Below are positions 38,658 to 46,774 of a stretch of DNA of 56,543 nucleotides, piece by piece. Numbering within the stretch: the first letter of the stretch is position 1; each line of letters begins with the position of its first letter. Below the pieces are notes generated by a model. That model did no database searches. It had not been told where the DNA came from and worked only from the letters and a program-made list of their open reading frames with translations. Made by a program: the position numbers and the translations under genes. The stretch lies in IMG/VR virus record IMGVR_UViG_3300038393_000879. One strand, 5' to 3'. The DNA is from a virus.

Positions 38658-39479
38658 TTATTTTATAATTGAATTTGTATATGAAACATGATTTGTGAAA
38701 ACCGCGTCTGCTCCGTCTGCGATTACTCTTTTTTGTTCTGCTTTTTCCAGCGTCGGCTGAAAGAAGAACACATAAACTTTTAAATGATTATCGTGTAACT
38801 TTTTAACCGTTTGCTTATCAATCATACTCGCTTCCAGTCCAACACCGCTCGCATATTTTTTCCACTCGTTTATTTGTTTTTGTGTAATTTGATTTTTGTT
38901 ATTGAATACTGCAAGCTGAACGAGCGGCATATAATGATAATGGCTATGGATTATTTTTAAGCTATCAGCTGACCAGCTCTCGATTGTTACCTTGCGTTTA
39001 TTGATTAGACCCGCTTGATTTAAAATATGTAATAGCGGCAATTCCATGCCTGTCTTTCCGTTAATGGTTCTTGTTTCGATGAAATAATTTGTTTTAGTTC
39101 CGAAGCGTTTAACCACTTCGTCCATTGTAATTATACGCTCATTTTTAAACTTTTGGTTAAACTTACTGCCCGCGTCTAGTTTTTTTAGCTGCGCTAGTGT
39201 CAAAGTAGATACGCGACCCTTTCCGTTTGTCGTTCTGTCAACGGTGTCGTCGTGCATAAGTACGAGTTTATTATCCTTTGTTCTGCGCAGATCCATCTCG
39301 ATGAAGTCTGACTTTTGTTTTATGGCTATGTCGAATGCGCTCATAGTTTCTTCCGGCGCTGTGTCCGACGCTCCGCGATGTGCAATAACTGTAACTCTGT
39401 TGGCTGCGTTTACAGCGGTTGTATTCGATGTGAATGTCAATGCCGCTAGTAATATTGCAATATATCTAGTTGTCTTCAT
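38658..39479 (-). CDS. glpQ: Secreted glycerophosphodiester phosphodiesterase (GlpQ/UgpQ family)
   Basis: Signal peptide MKTTRYIAILLAALTFTSNTTAVNA; VIAHRGAS…APEET…IEMDL…HDDTVDRTTNG. Confidence 0.8.
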   Translation of the reverse strand: MKTTRYIAILLAALTFTSNTTAVNAANRVTVIAHRGASDTAPEETMSAFDIAIKQKSDFIEMDLRRTKDNKLVLMHDDTVDRTTNGKGRVSTLTLAQLKKLDAGSKFNQKFKNERIITMDEVVKRFGTKTNYFIETRTINGKTGMELPLLHILNQAGLINKRKVTIESWSADSLKIIHSHYHYMPLVQLAVFNNKNQITQKQINEWKKYASGVGLEASMIDKQTVKKLHDNHLKVYVFFFQPTLEKAEQKRVIADGADAVFTNHVSYTNSIIK

Positions 39480-39627
39480 TTTGCTCGACCTCCTCTACTC
39501 TAATTTTAACCATGTTCTTTTTTATGTATTTCTTTTGAACTTCTTTCTGTTTTTCTTTTGCTTCTTTTAAACTTTCGTAAACTCCATATTCATATAAATC
39601 ACTTTCTACATAATATAACTTTCTCAT
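39466..39627 (-). CDS. Small ORF (53 aa); not in the supplied ORF track
   Basis: ATG after gggagagtga; its end overlaps the glpQ start. Confidence 0.4.
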   Translation of the reverse strand: MRKLYYVESDLYEYGVYESLKEAKEKQKEVQKKYIKKNMVKIRVEEVEQNEDN

Positions 39628-39708
39628 TATTTATCACTCTCCCTGTTTATAAAATTTTTAAGCTCGTCCAAAATCTTTAGCTGCTCTTCTATTAGTTTGA
39701 TTAACGTT

Positions 39709-39966
39709 TCAGCCATTGAACTCACCGTCTTTTTTAAATCTGTTAATTTGTTCTAACTGGTGAGGCGTCAATAACATTGTATCAATCTTTACATCTACTC
39801 TTTCGTTTATGTACATTATGAACATTCCTAGAATTCTTATTACCCCATACTCGCTTTTATGTACGGCTTTAATGGTAATCGTATGAGTTTCTTCAATGTC
39901 GTGCCTGTACTCGTCGATTACTGTGTATTCTGTATCCATATATTTAATCGTTTTCAATGTACTCAC
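39709..39966 (-). CDS. Hypothetical protein
   Basis: 85-aa ORF. Confidence 0.5.
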   Translation of the reverse strand: MSTLKTIKYMDTEYTVIDEYRHDIEETHTITIKAVHKSEYGVIRILGMFIMYINERVDVKIDTMLLTPHQLEQINRFKKDGEFNG

Positions 39967-40141
39967 ACCCTTTCTTTACGATAATCACGAGACAATAATG
40001 TGGTCGATGGATCGTAAACTCTTCATCACTTTCGTTCAACCAATCTCTGAACTTACCGAATTCCTTTTTTGATTTTAAGTTTGTAATCCAGAATTTTAAT
40101 ACGCCCTCCGTTTGATAAACTTCTTTTGCTTTTTCGAACAT
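39944..40141 (-). CDS. Hypothetical protein
   Basis: 65-aa ORF. Confidence 0.5.
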   Translation of the reverse strand: MFEKAKEVYQTEGVLKFWITNLKSKKEFGKFRDWLNESDEEFTIHRPHYCLVIIVKKGCEYIEND

Positions 40142-40142
40142 G

Positions 40143-40409
40143 CTAGATCGCCTCCTTTATCTTTTTTCTAATTGCTGTTTTAAACTTTTTGATTTGGTTA
40201 TCCGAGAACTTAATTTCCTCGTCGTCACTTTCGCTTCTTCTTATGTATGCTCCGTAGAAATCTATGTGCTTACCCTTTATGTCTGCTGCGAAATCCAGCG
40301 CAACCCAATCGTCTTCATTACCTTCTATGTCAAATGTCATGGTTACATCGAACCACGGCTGTTCGTCTTCTCTTGTTTCTAAATGGATTTCCATGTTTTC
40401 TAAATACAT
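40143..40409 (-). CDS. Hypothetical acidic protein (88 aa from the RBS-supported ATG)
   Basis: gagaggagagtgatagcATG at 40409. Confidence 0.5.
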   Translation of the reverse strand: MYLENMEIHLETREDEQPWFDVTMTFDIEGNEDDWVALDFAADIKGKHIDFYGAYIRRSESDDEEIKFSDNQIKKFKTAIRKKIKEAI

Positions 40410-40533
40410 GCTATCACTCTCCTCTCTAAACATCTTTATTGTAGATTTGTATTCGCAATATATTATCGAGAGTTTAACCTGTACCACTCTCGAAAGGTCC
40501 CACTGTTTTACCTAGAGTTTCTTGCTTACCCTT

Positions 40534-40562
40534 ATATTACATTAGTATGTAAATTATGTCAA
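40534..40562 (-). promoter_or_regulatory. Sigma-A-type early promoter
   Basis: TTGACA-17 nt-TAATAT on the - strand. Confidence 0.6.
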
Positions 40563-40581
40563 CAAAATATTTTAATATTTT

Positions 40582-41058
40582 TTATTTTAATATAAATGTT
40601 CGTTCTAGTTTCGCCATGCAACACTTACTGACGCCTCTGTTTAACCAATTTGTGCTTTGGCGTTTGCTGTTTGTTTCACCGACGAGCCTGCCGCAATTCT
40701 TACAATGCAGCTGGAACGCCTCGCCTTTGATCTGGTGTGTTCTGGTTGAACACGCTCCCACTCGTTTTAATTCCTGCTCGAATACCGGGTGCCCGTCCTT
40801 GCACGGTTTGTTTAATGTAAATAGCGCCCAGTGCGTTAGCTCATGCAGCAACACATCTTTTATTTCGTGTGGCTCGTAATTCTCCACGAGCTTCTTCGAT
40901 AACTGTATGTATAACGGTTTTGTTTTCGTATGTCCAAACCGTCCGAGTGATCTCGATAGTCTTCCGTTTATGGTGACGGTTACATTTAACTGTAAACCCC
41001 ATTGTTTCTTCGCTTGCTTTTTAGCGTATGTATTTAATTCTTCTAATGATATTTTCAT
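40582..41058 (-). CDS. SprT-like zinc metalloprotease-domain protein
   Basis: HELTHWAL (HExxH); C-terminal CKNCGRL…CCMAKL zinc ribbon. Confidence 0.65.
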   Translation of the reverse strand: MKISLEELNTYAKKQAKKQWGLQLNVTVTINGRLSRSLGRFGHTKTKPLYIQLSKKLVENYEPHEIKDVLLHELTHWALFTLNKPCKDGHPVFEQELKRVGACSTRTHQIKGEAFQLHCKNCGRLVGETNSKRQSTNWLNRGVSKCCMAKLERTFILK

Positions 41059-41102
41059 ATAACACCCCTTTCTATAATTCTATTTCTTTTGTGCTCTCCT
41101 AA

Positions 41103-41130
41103 ACTATAGCACAATGGAAAAGTTTGTCAA
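41103..41130 (-). promoter_or_regulatory. Sigma-A-type early promoter
   Basis: aaaaagtgTTTGACAa-16 nt-TATAGT on the - strand. Confidence 0.6.
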
Positions 41131-41189
41131 ACACTTTTTTTATGTTTTTATTTTTTGTGTTCGTTTAAAACATAAATTTTTATTTTTTT

Positions 41190-41218
41190 TTCACACAAAT
41201 TTATTTTCTGTGTATAAT
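41190..41218 (+). promoter_or_regulatory. Sigma-A-type promoter, divergent
   Basis: TTCACA-17 nt-TATAAT. Confidence 0.6.
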
Positions 41219-41352
41219 GAAATTGTAAATGTGAAACTATAGCACCATAAAATTATAACTGTATGAACCTATAAAATTATAAACTTATATCACTATAATG
41301 TTATGATGTTATGCTTACATAAACTTATAAACTTAAAATGGAGGTGATTTGT

Positions 41353-41700
41353 ATGTCTAATAATAAATATCAAAATTGGGTTAATCTGTTTGAACTATCG
41401 GGGAAGGTGAAGCTGCATAAAGGTGATTTCACCGGCAAAAAAGGCAAGTTCCTGCAGCAAGATTTCATCAGCGTTAATTTCCGCATGCCCGATACATTCC
41501 GAAGAGTGATCGAAGAAGACTTGCGGTTACTCGCTGATAACGGCTATCGCATGAGTTTAAACGATTATCTGCTGCTATTGATCATGGTGGGCGGTAACTT
41601 GGGTCAGAACCCGGAAGGTAAATTCATTCATCGCTCAAACGGTATGAACCTGTTGAATTACTTGAATGACGGCAAAAAGAAAAAGAACACTGGTGAATAA
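41353..41700 (+). CDS. Hypothetical protein (possible small DNA-binding regulator)
   Basis: ggaggtgatttgtATG; 115 aa. Confidence 0.5.
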   Translation: MSNNKYQNWVNLFELSGKVKLHKGDFTGKKGKFLQQDFISVNFRMPDTFRRVIEEDLRLLADNGYRMSLNDYLLLLIMVGGNLGQNPEGKFIHRSNGMNLLNYLNDGKKKKNTGE

Positions 41701-41737
41701 GTGCCGGTGTCTTTTTTACACAAAAAAAGCATGCCGT

Positions 41738-42550
41738 TTAGACATACTTTTCCCATGCGTCTTTACCGAGAAACTTCAGGCTATCAACGGTTGCATAATA
41801 AATATATGTAAACTTGAACCGTTTGCCGATGAGTTCGCTGATTTGTCTTTCGAATAAGGCAATCAGCTCTAGGTGGTGGGTTGCGTTCTCGTCGCCGTTG
41901 AATACGAAATAAGTTTTACGCCCCATCATTCGTATTTTCATCAGCTTCTTAAGAAAATCTGCTTGACGGTGCTTCGTTCGTTCGACTTCGAGAAAGGCTA
42001 TTTTACCGGTTTTGAAATCCACGACGCGGAAATCCGGCTTAAGATATGGTTTATTTTTGTTTCGACCGCAGTATGTATCATAGACTTTACGAACTTTCGG
42101 GTCCGATAACTTTAGCTTCATCGTATCGTCGATATTTTCGACGCGTTCAACCCAGGTATTCGGCAGCGCTGCCCATAGTTCCCCGTGCAACTCCTCGAGG
42201 AACATTTGTTCTTTCGTTTGCTTTACCGGTGTACCGATCTCTCGCAGATATTGTTCGTAACATTTGCTCGTTGGTCTCCCGTAGTACACATAGTTCGAAA
42301 CGAATAATCCGCGTTCCTTTCCTTTGTTCGCTGGAACGATCACGAAATAATCTTTACGCTCCGGGTTGTCCATCTGTTCATAACGCATGATGTAACCGTA
42401 TTTATCATCGAGTTCCTTTATGCTTCCTTCGCGTATCCTTCTATCGAATTTATACATAATATGATTTCTTTTCGTTTTAATATAAATGTCTTGGAGCTTA
42501 ACATCTCTGAATTCACAGATGTTTAGTTTCGCGTTGTCAAGTAACAACAT
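41738..42550 (-). CDS. Hypothetical protein with a PD-(D/E)XK-like C-terminal motif
   Basis: ggaggtgatgatcATG at 42550; PDFRVVD…AFLEVERTK. Confidence 0.5.
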   Translation of the reverse strand: MLLLDNAKLNICEFRDVKLQDIYIKTKRNHIMYKFDRRIREGSIKELDDKYGYIMRYEQMDNPERKDYFVIVPANKGKERGLFVSNYVYYGRPTSKCYEQYLREIGTPVKQTKEQMFLEELHGELWAALPNTWVERVENIDDTMKLKLSDPKVRKVYDTYCGRNKNKPYLKPDFRVVDFKTGKIAFLEVERTKHRQADFLKKLMKIRMMGRKTYFVFNGDENATHHLELIALFERQISELIGKRFKFTYIYYATVDSLKFLGKDAWEKYV

Positions 42551-42859
42551 GATCATCACCTCCAATTCCTGTATATATATTAACACAAAATAACGAACAC
42601 GGTGAAAATTTATCAAAATATATATCGACGGTGTACAAACCGCAGAACGGGGCATATCGCCGCCCCTTTCCGCACCTTTCCCCAACTCTAACAAAGCCCT
42701 CGGCTACCGCCTCACTCTTTGTTATGCAAATTGGATTTTTAAATATACGGTAATCGCTTATCGCTGTAAGCTCGGTGTTTGTTTTTTCGTGTAAGGTACC
42801 CTAAATTTTATTATTTTTATGATTTTCAGAAATAACTATTTAAAAATTTTTTATCTTTT

Positions 42860-42889
42860 TTCACACATTTTATTTTTTTATATTATACT
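42860..42889 (+). promoter_or_regulatory. Sigma-A-type promoter, similar to the one at 41190
   Basis: TTTTTTCACACAttTTATTTT…TATACT; shares a TTTTTTCACACA block plus a T-rich spacer (TTTATTTT / TTTTATTTT) with 41184-41210. Confidence 0.5.
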
Positions 42890-42966
42890 GTGTTTAGAAA
42901 CCAAAGCAAATAAAAAATAAATTGTTACGCGGCGAGTTCCACGAAACAAGAATTGGAGATGTTAAA

Positions 42967-43302
42967 ATGAACACAGTTAAAAAATTTACAGGTAGTTACG
43001 AAGCGATGATTATGGGCGATGATTTTATGAGTATCACATTACAGTTCGATGAGTTTCCGCAATCACTAAATTTAAACATTCAGTTCGATGTACATAAGAA
43101 TGAATTTAAACCGATTGGATTGTTTTACATGGGACACCCGCACGAATGGGATTGTCCGGCGTGTGGTAAAGCGCACTGGAACGATGAGAAAATGAAGTGT
43201 CCTGCAAACGATGATCTCGCGAATGAGTTATGGGATTACATTAAAAATTTATCAGATTTTAAAGGGTGGCTGTATGACGCTCTGCTCGAAGAAGATATGT
43301 AA
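42967..43302 (+). CDS. Hypothetical Cys-containing protein
   Basis: ggagatgttaaaATG; CPACGKAHW…KCP. Confidence 0.5.
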   Translation: MNTVKKFTGSYEAMIMGDDFMSITLQFDEFPQSLNLNIQFDVHKNEFKPIGLFYMGHPHEWDCPACGKAHWNDEKMKCPANDDLANELWDYIKNLSDFKGWLYDALLEEDM

Positions 43303-43304
43303 AC

Positions 43305-43336
43305 AAAAAAGCGGCTATGATTATGCCGCCTTTTTT
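43305..43336. terminator. Bidirectional terminator
   Basis: A-run, GCGGC-tatgattat-GCCGC, T-run. Confidence 0.7.
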
Positions 43337-43340
43337 CGTG

Positions 43341-43565
43341 CTATAAATATTTGTCTTTAAAATCCCGTGCCCCCGTCATGTCGTCGTCGTCCAAATCGAA
43401 TGCACCGATCTGTTCCAGCGTGTATTCTCTTCCTTTTAGAAAAGCGATAATAAATAATTGCCTGGGCGTTAGCTCGTTGGGTCGATCTTTCCACCCATCG
43501 AATAACTTCATCGCCACTTTCGAAACCTCTTCCATTTCCTGCTGGGTTAACTTTTCGATTTTCAT
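43341..43565 (-). CDS. Hypothetical protein
   Basis: 74-aa ORF; RBS caggaggtg. Confidence 0.55.
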   Translation of the reverse strand: MKIEKLTQQEMEEVSKVAMKLFDGWKDRPNELTPRQLFIIAFLKGREYTLEQIGAFDLDDDDMTGARDFKDKYL

Positions 43566-43835
43566 TCTGCACCTCCTGTTTTTAATTTAACTATTAGAAT
43601 TATTCTGTCAAGTTTTTCCTGATGATTGTATGAAATGTTTAACTATTTTATTCCAATTCTGTGGAAAGTCTCTCGAAAATATTCCTGAAGTGTTCAGAAA
43701 TTTATGTTCGATTTCTGCGATAACTTATTTGAAATCTTGCTCAGAATGCTGTTTATTTCCGTTTTATATTTATTTCCGGTATAAGTGTCGGGTCGGCTAA
43801 AAATATGGGCAAAAAACGGCAATTTAAAAACTCAC

Positions 43836-43967
43836 ATTTTCAGGGGTAGTTTTATATATATATATAATATTCAGCAAAAAGTTCCGCGTGCGCCTCCTCA
43901 CAGTTTCCGCAGATTTCCGCGAATTCAAAAAGTCAGATTTTCAGGGGTAGTTTATATATATATATAT
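43836..43967. repeat. Two ~31-bp direct repeats ATTTTCAGGGGTAGTTT(T)-(TA)n, 101 bp apart, with three TTCCGC boxes between them
   Basis: Copies at 43836-43866 and 43937-43967 read directly; the region has no convincing ORF. Confidence 0.8.
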
Positions 43968-44059
43968 TTTATGTTTGGCTTTTGGTTGGCTAAAAGTCGG
44001 CGGAGTTGGTTCGAATTTTTCCCGGGTGCGTGCTTCGCGTGTGACGCGATCGCGTGACG

Positions 44060-44093
44060 AAAAAAAAAGACCGGCGCCGCGTTGGCTGCCGGT
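44060..44093 (-). terminator. Rho-independent terminator ending the ribozyme operon
   Basis: ACCGGC-N12-GCCGGU followed by U9 on the - strand. Confidence 0.75.
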
Positions 44094-44268
44094 TATGCTT
44101 CGATTAGTTCGCGCGGTTGCGCTGCTTCCGTTTCTTCTTCGTCTGCTATCCATCGGGTGACGATTTCGACGCCTTCGCCGTTCCGTTTAATTTCGATAAA
44201 CTCGAAACGCTTCCCCCAGTTGTTCGAAAAATAAATTTTTCCTGTTTCGTATCCTAGATAATTTTTCA
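44093..44268 (-). pseudogene. Small gene with an apparent frameshift (or recoding, or a homopolymer sequencing error)
   Basis: ATG at 44268 after ggagggg gives 40 aa and stops at 44146; the -1 frame continues …WGKRFEFIEIKRNGEGVEIVTRW… to a TAA at 44093, right at the terminator. Confidence 0.4.
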
Positions 44269-44289
44269 TGCTATCCCCTCCCCTTGTTT

Positions 44290-44493
44290 TTAAAAAAGTA
44301 TATCTAATAAAAAGTTTTTTGTTTCTTCTAGTGCTGTGATTTTTCCGAGTTGGTACGCCTTCGAGTGTTTTTCGTTGTCGTTTAGTTGGCGGCTGTTTTC
44401 GATTTCGTTTATTTTCTTAACGATTGTTTTTAGTTCCTCAAGTTCCTTTTCAATTTGGAAAATTTTATTTTTTATAGTTTGGAAATTTTTCAT
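44290..44493 (-). CDS. Hypothetical coiled-coil protein (67 aa)
   Basis: ataggagggataaaATG at 44493. Confidence 0.55.
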   Translation of the reverse strand: MKNFQTIKNKIFQIEKELEELKTIVKKINEIENSRQLNDNEKHSKAYQLGKITALEETKNFLLDILF

Positions 44494-44544
44494 TTTATCC
44501 CTCCTATGGGTCGCCGGCTGTAACCGGTGGGAAAATTGAAACAT

Positions 44545-44620
44545 CCCCAGACCGTCGAGAGGTTTTTTCGTTCCTCTCTAGGTTTCGGCTCGCGGTTTCT
44601 GCGCTTGCCTCTTCAGTGGG
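44545..44620 (-). ncRNA. Type I hammerhead ribozyme, copy 1
   Basis: CCCA-CUGAAGA-GGC..GCC-GAAA-CCUAGAGAGG..CCUCUCGACGG-UC|UGGGG; predicted cleavage between 44550 and 44549. Confidence 0.85.
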
Positions 44621-44623
44621 TTT

Positions 44624-45154
44624 TTATTTCTGCCGGTCCGTCCAGTCCTTGCCGGGTCCGGTTGTACCGATTATTATATACGGCTTGCCGCTCGGTTGGT
44701 TGTTTCCGCTATCGAGAAACGAAGAACCGCCGCCAAACTCTTTTACGCTGTCTTCTATTTCTGCGCTGTTTGTGCTGTCTTCTGCGTCTCCGGTCGATTT
44801 CTTCGCCGTCGTGCTCGTTCCGTTTGCTTCCGCTAGTTTGTCCGCTATAAATTGCTTTACGGCTGCATTTAGTGCCGGATTTAGCGGTATTTTTTTATCT
44901 GGTTTTACCGGGTGCAGCCTTTCGCGTTCCTCTTCTTTTTCCGTTAATTCTACCGCTAGTTTTTCCCGTTCTGCCTCGTGCTGTTCCATTTCTTTATATA
45001 GCCAATTATGGAAAGTTCGAGACGGTGCGGCGGTTTGTGTTGCCGTTTGTTTGGCGGTGGGTTCCGGTGGTTTCGTGTGCAGCGTGTCAACTATCATGAA
45101 ACACGCGAGAAATAAAACCGCGAAACCTGCGCCGCTCTTGCGTTTGGTTTCCAT
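44624..45154 (-). CDS. Putative lipoprotein / secreted protein
   Basis: N-terminus AVLFLAC (lipobox-like); RBS aggaggtga. Confidence 0.55.
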   Translation of the reverse strand: METKRKSGAGFAVLFLACFMIVDTLHTKPPEPTAKQTATQTAAPSRTFHNWLYKEMEQHEAEREKLAVELTEKEEERERLHPVKPDKKIPLNPALNAAVKQFIADKLAEANGTSTTAKKSTGDAEDSTNSAEIEDSVKEFGGGSSFLDSGNNQPSGKPYIIIGTTGPGKDWTDRQK

Positions 45155-45200
45155 TTCGTCACCTCCTATGTGCCGGCGGTGGTTATGCCGGTGGGATTTT

Positions 45201-45281
45201 CCCAGACCGTCGGAAAGTCGCGCGGGGCGTTTCTTCCCTAGGTTTCGCCGGTGGTTCCGTTCCTTCCGGCTCTTCAGTGGG
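45201..45281 (-). ncRNA. Type I hammerhead ribozyme, copy 2
   Basis: CCCA-CUGAAGA-GCCGG..CCGGC-GAAA-CCUAGGGAAG..CUUUCCGACGG-UC|UGGG; predicted cleavage between 45205 and 45204. Confidence 0.85.
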
Positions 45282-45288
45282 TGGGGTG

Positions 45289-46071
45289 TTACTCGTATTT
45301 CTGTAACGCTGTTTGTAATGCTTTTAATAGTTTAGCGTCTGCCTTTACTTCTTCGATTGTTAAGTCTAGGGCGTCGAGTGTGTCGTCTATGTCGTTTGTG
45401 TAGCCGTATTCGTGGTTTTCTAATTCGTAAGAAAACATATGTAATAAATATTTTTCATCTTTTCGCGCTTCTGCTTCTTCTGCTTCGAATTTGTCTAACA
45501 TTTCTTTAAATTTTGCGCTGTCGTCTCTACGGTAGTAACCGCCGCCGCCTATGCTATAAATTTTGTTTGTTTCGTCGGGGTTTAATCCTAGTTTTTCCAT
45601 ACCTGCTTTAAATTGTTCATCGCTAAAGGCGAAGAATAAAGGAAAATTATTAAATTCGTCTTGCTGCTTTTGTTTTAATTCGTAGTATGTGTTTGGCTCG
45701 TCTTCGTGTTCCATGATTTCCTCGAGTTCCGCGTCGTATATGTCTATTTTTCCCTCGAGTGCTTCCATGCGTTTCAGAATTTCGTCAATGCTGCTTTTTA
45801 ATTCTTCTTCTACTTCGTGCTCTGTGTAGCTGTCTAAGTTGCCGTATCCGTTAAACTTTACGAAGTCATCGCTATAGTTGTAGTTCCCAAAATGTGCCGC
45901 CCTTACTGCTTCCGCTGGGTTGCTGAAATATAATTCGAAGAAATACTCATCATTTTCATAATATTCTAGGCTATCTAGTGAACCGTCATAACCGTTGATT
46001 TGTGAAACGATTTCTTTTAGTGTTTCAGTATTTTCTAATAGGTATTTTTTAATTTCGTTAAAGTTTTTCAT
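45289..46071 (-). CDS. Acidic hypothetical protein (260 aa)
   Basis: ataggagggaaccaaaaATG; D/E-rich. Confidence 0.6.
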   Translation of the reverse strand: MKNFNEIKKYLLENTETLKEIVSQINGYDGSLDSLEYYENDEYFFELYFSNPAEAVRAAHFGNYNYSDDFVKFNGYGNLDSYTEHEVEEELKSSIDEILKRMEALEGKIDIYDAELEEIMEHEDEPNTYYELKQKQQDEFNNFPLFFAFSDEQFKAGMEKLGLNPDETNKIYSIGGGGYYRRDDSAKFKEMLDKFEAEEAEARKDEKYLLHMFSYELENHEYGYTNDIDDTLDALDLTIEEVKADAKLLKALQTALQKYE

Positions 46072-46171
46072 TTTTGGTTCCCTCCTATGGGTGCCCCGCC
46101 GTTTTGTCGGCGTCGGGTTTCGGTTTTATCGTAAGACCGAAAAGAGCCGGTTTTTTCTTGCTTCTATAATC

Positions 46172-46199
46172 AATATAATCAATAATTTTGAATTGTCAA
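46172..46199 (-). promoter_or_regulatory. Internal sigma-A-type promoter downstream of hammerhead copy 3
   Basis: aaaaagtgTTTGACAa-16 nt-TATATT. Confidence 0.5.
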
Positions 46200-46234
46200 A
46201 CACTTTTTTAATTATTTTGTGTTTGTGGGTAACG

Positions 46235-46298
46235 CCCAGACCGTCGAACCGTTTCCGGCTCTAGGTTTCGCCTCGATTTTCACGGGCTCATCAGTGGG
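46235..46298 (-). ncRNA. Type I hammerhead ribozyme, copy 3
   Basis: CCCA-CUGAUGA-GCC..GGC-GAAA-CCUAGAGCCG-GAAA-CGGUUCGACGG-UC|UGGG; predicted cleavage between 46239 and 46238. Confidence 0.85.
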
Positions 46299-46301
46299 TT
46301 T

Positions 46302-46481
46302 TCATATAACATACCAAACTATAAATAAATTTTCTTTTCCGTCTGTGCTGCTCCACGGCGTATAAAGTGCCGCGTGGTTTTTTCTAACGTATCGGCTCGC
46401 CGCCTTGTTTGTGTTTTCGCAAAATGTTTTTGCCTGCTCTTCTGTATTGAAAAATTTAAATGTTTTTCTATATTTATTCAT
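46302..46481 (-). CDS. Small protein (59 aa); not in the supplied ORF track
   Basis: Its ATG overlaps the upstream stop; MNKYRKTFKFFNTEEQAKTF…. Confidence 0.5.
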   Translation of the reverse strand: MNKYRKTFKFFNTEEQAKTFCENTNKAASRYVRKNHAALYTPWSSTDGKENLFIVWYVI

Positions 46482-46713
46482 TTTCTAACACCTCCATTTT
46501 TAAAATAATGTTTAAAATTTCGTTTAATTCTGCTTTATTGTATTTGTTCATTATCGGTTTTTCACAATTAAAATAAATTTGTTTTATTTCTAAAGTTATT
46601 GGATCGATTAAAACGCTGTAGATTTCGCCTTTTTCTATTTCTACGATTGCCAAACCGTCGACTGTTCCGTAATGGCTGATATTATCGAAATTTTTATAAA
46701 ATGCTTTTTTCAT
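46474..46713 (-). CDS. Hypothetical protein
   Basis: 79-aa ORF; RBS aggtgaaaac. Confidence 0.55.
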   Translation of the reverse strand: MKKAFYKNFDNISHYGTVDGLAIVEIEKGEIYSVLIDPITLEIKQIYFNCEKPIMNKYNKAELNEILNIILKMEVLENE

Positions 46714-46774
46714 GTTTTCACCTGTTAACCTCTCCGAGAGTTTGAAAAACTCGGGGGCGGGATTTATTGCGCTT

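Noticed and set aside
42674-42692. 14-nt exact repeat TTCCCCAACTCTA, also at 50486, as a possible late promoter or operator
   Set aside because: Several 14-mer coincidences are expected by chance in a 56-kb sequence, and the flanks show no further similarity.
41738-42694. 318-aa version of the 41738 ORF
   Set aside because: The upstream extension runs through promoter-like AT-rich DNA. The ATG at 42550 has a perfect GGAGGTGA RBS.
43990-44015. tRNA-like T-loop GGTTCGAAT (also GTTCGAG at 50296 and 50373)
   Set aside because: No acceptor, D or anticodon stems could be built around any of them. No tRNA is called.
44616-45335. 239-aa and 107-aa + strand ORFs across the ribozyme region
   Set aside because: They are antisense to RBS-supported - strand genes and to the ribozymes, with an implausible Ser/Phe/Leu/Cys-rich composition.
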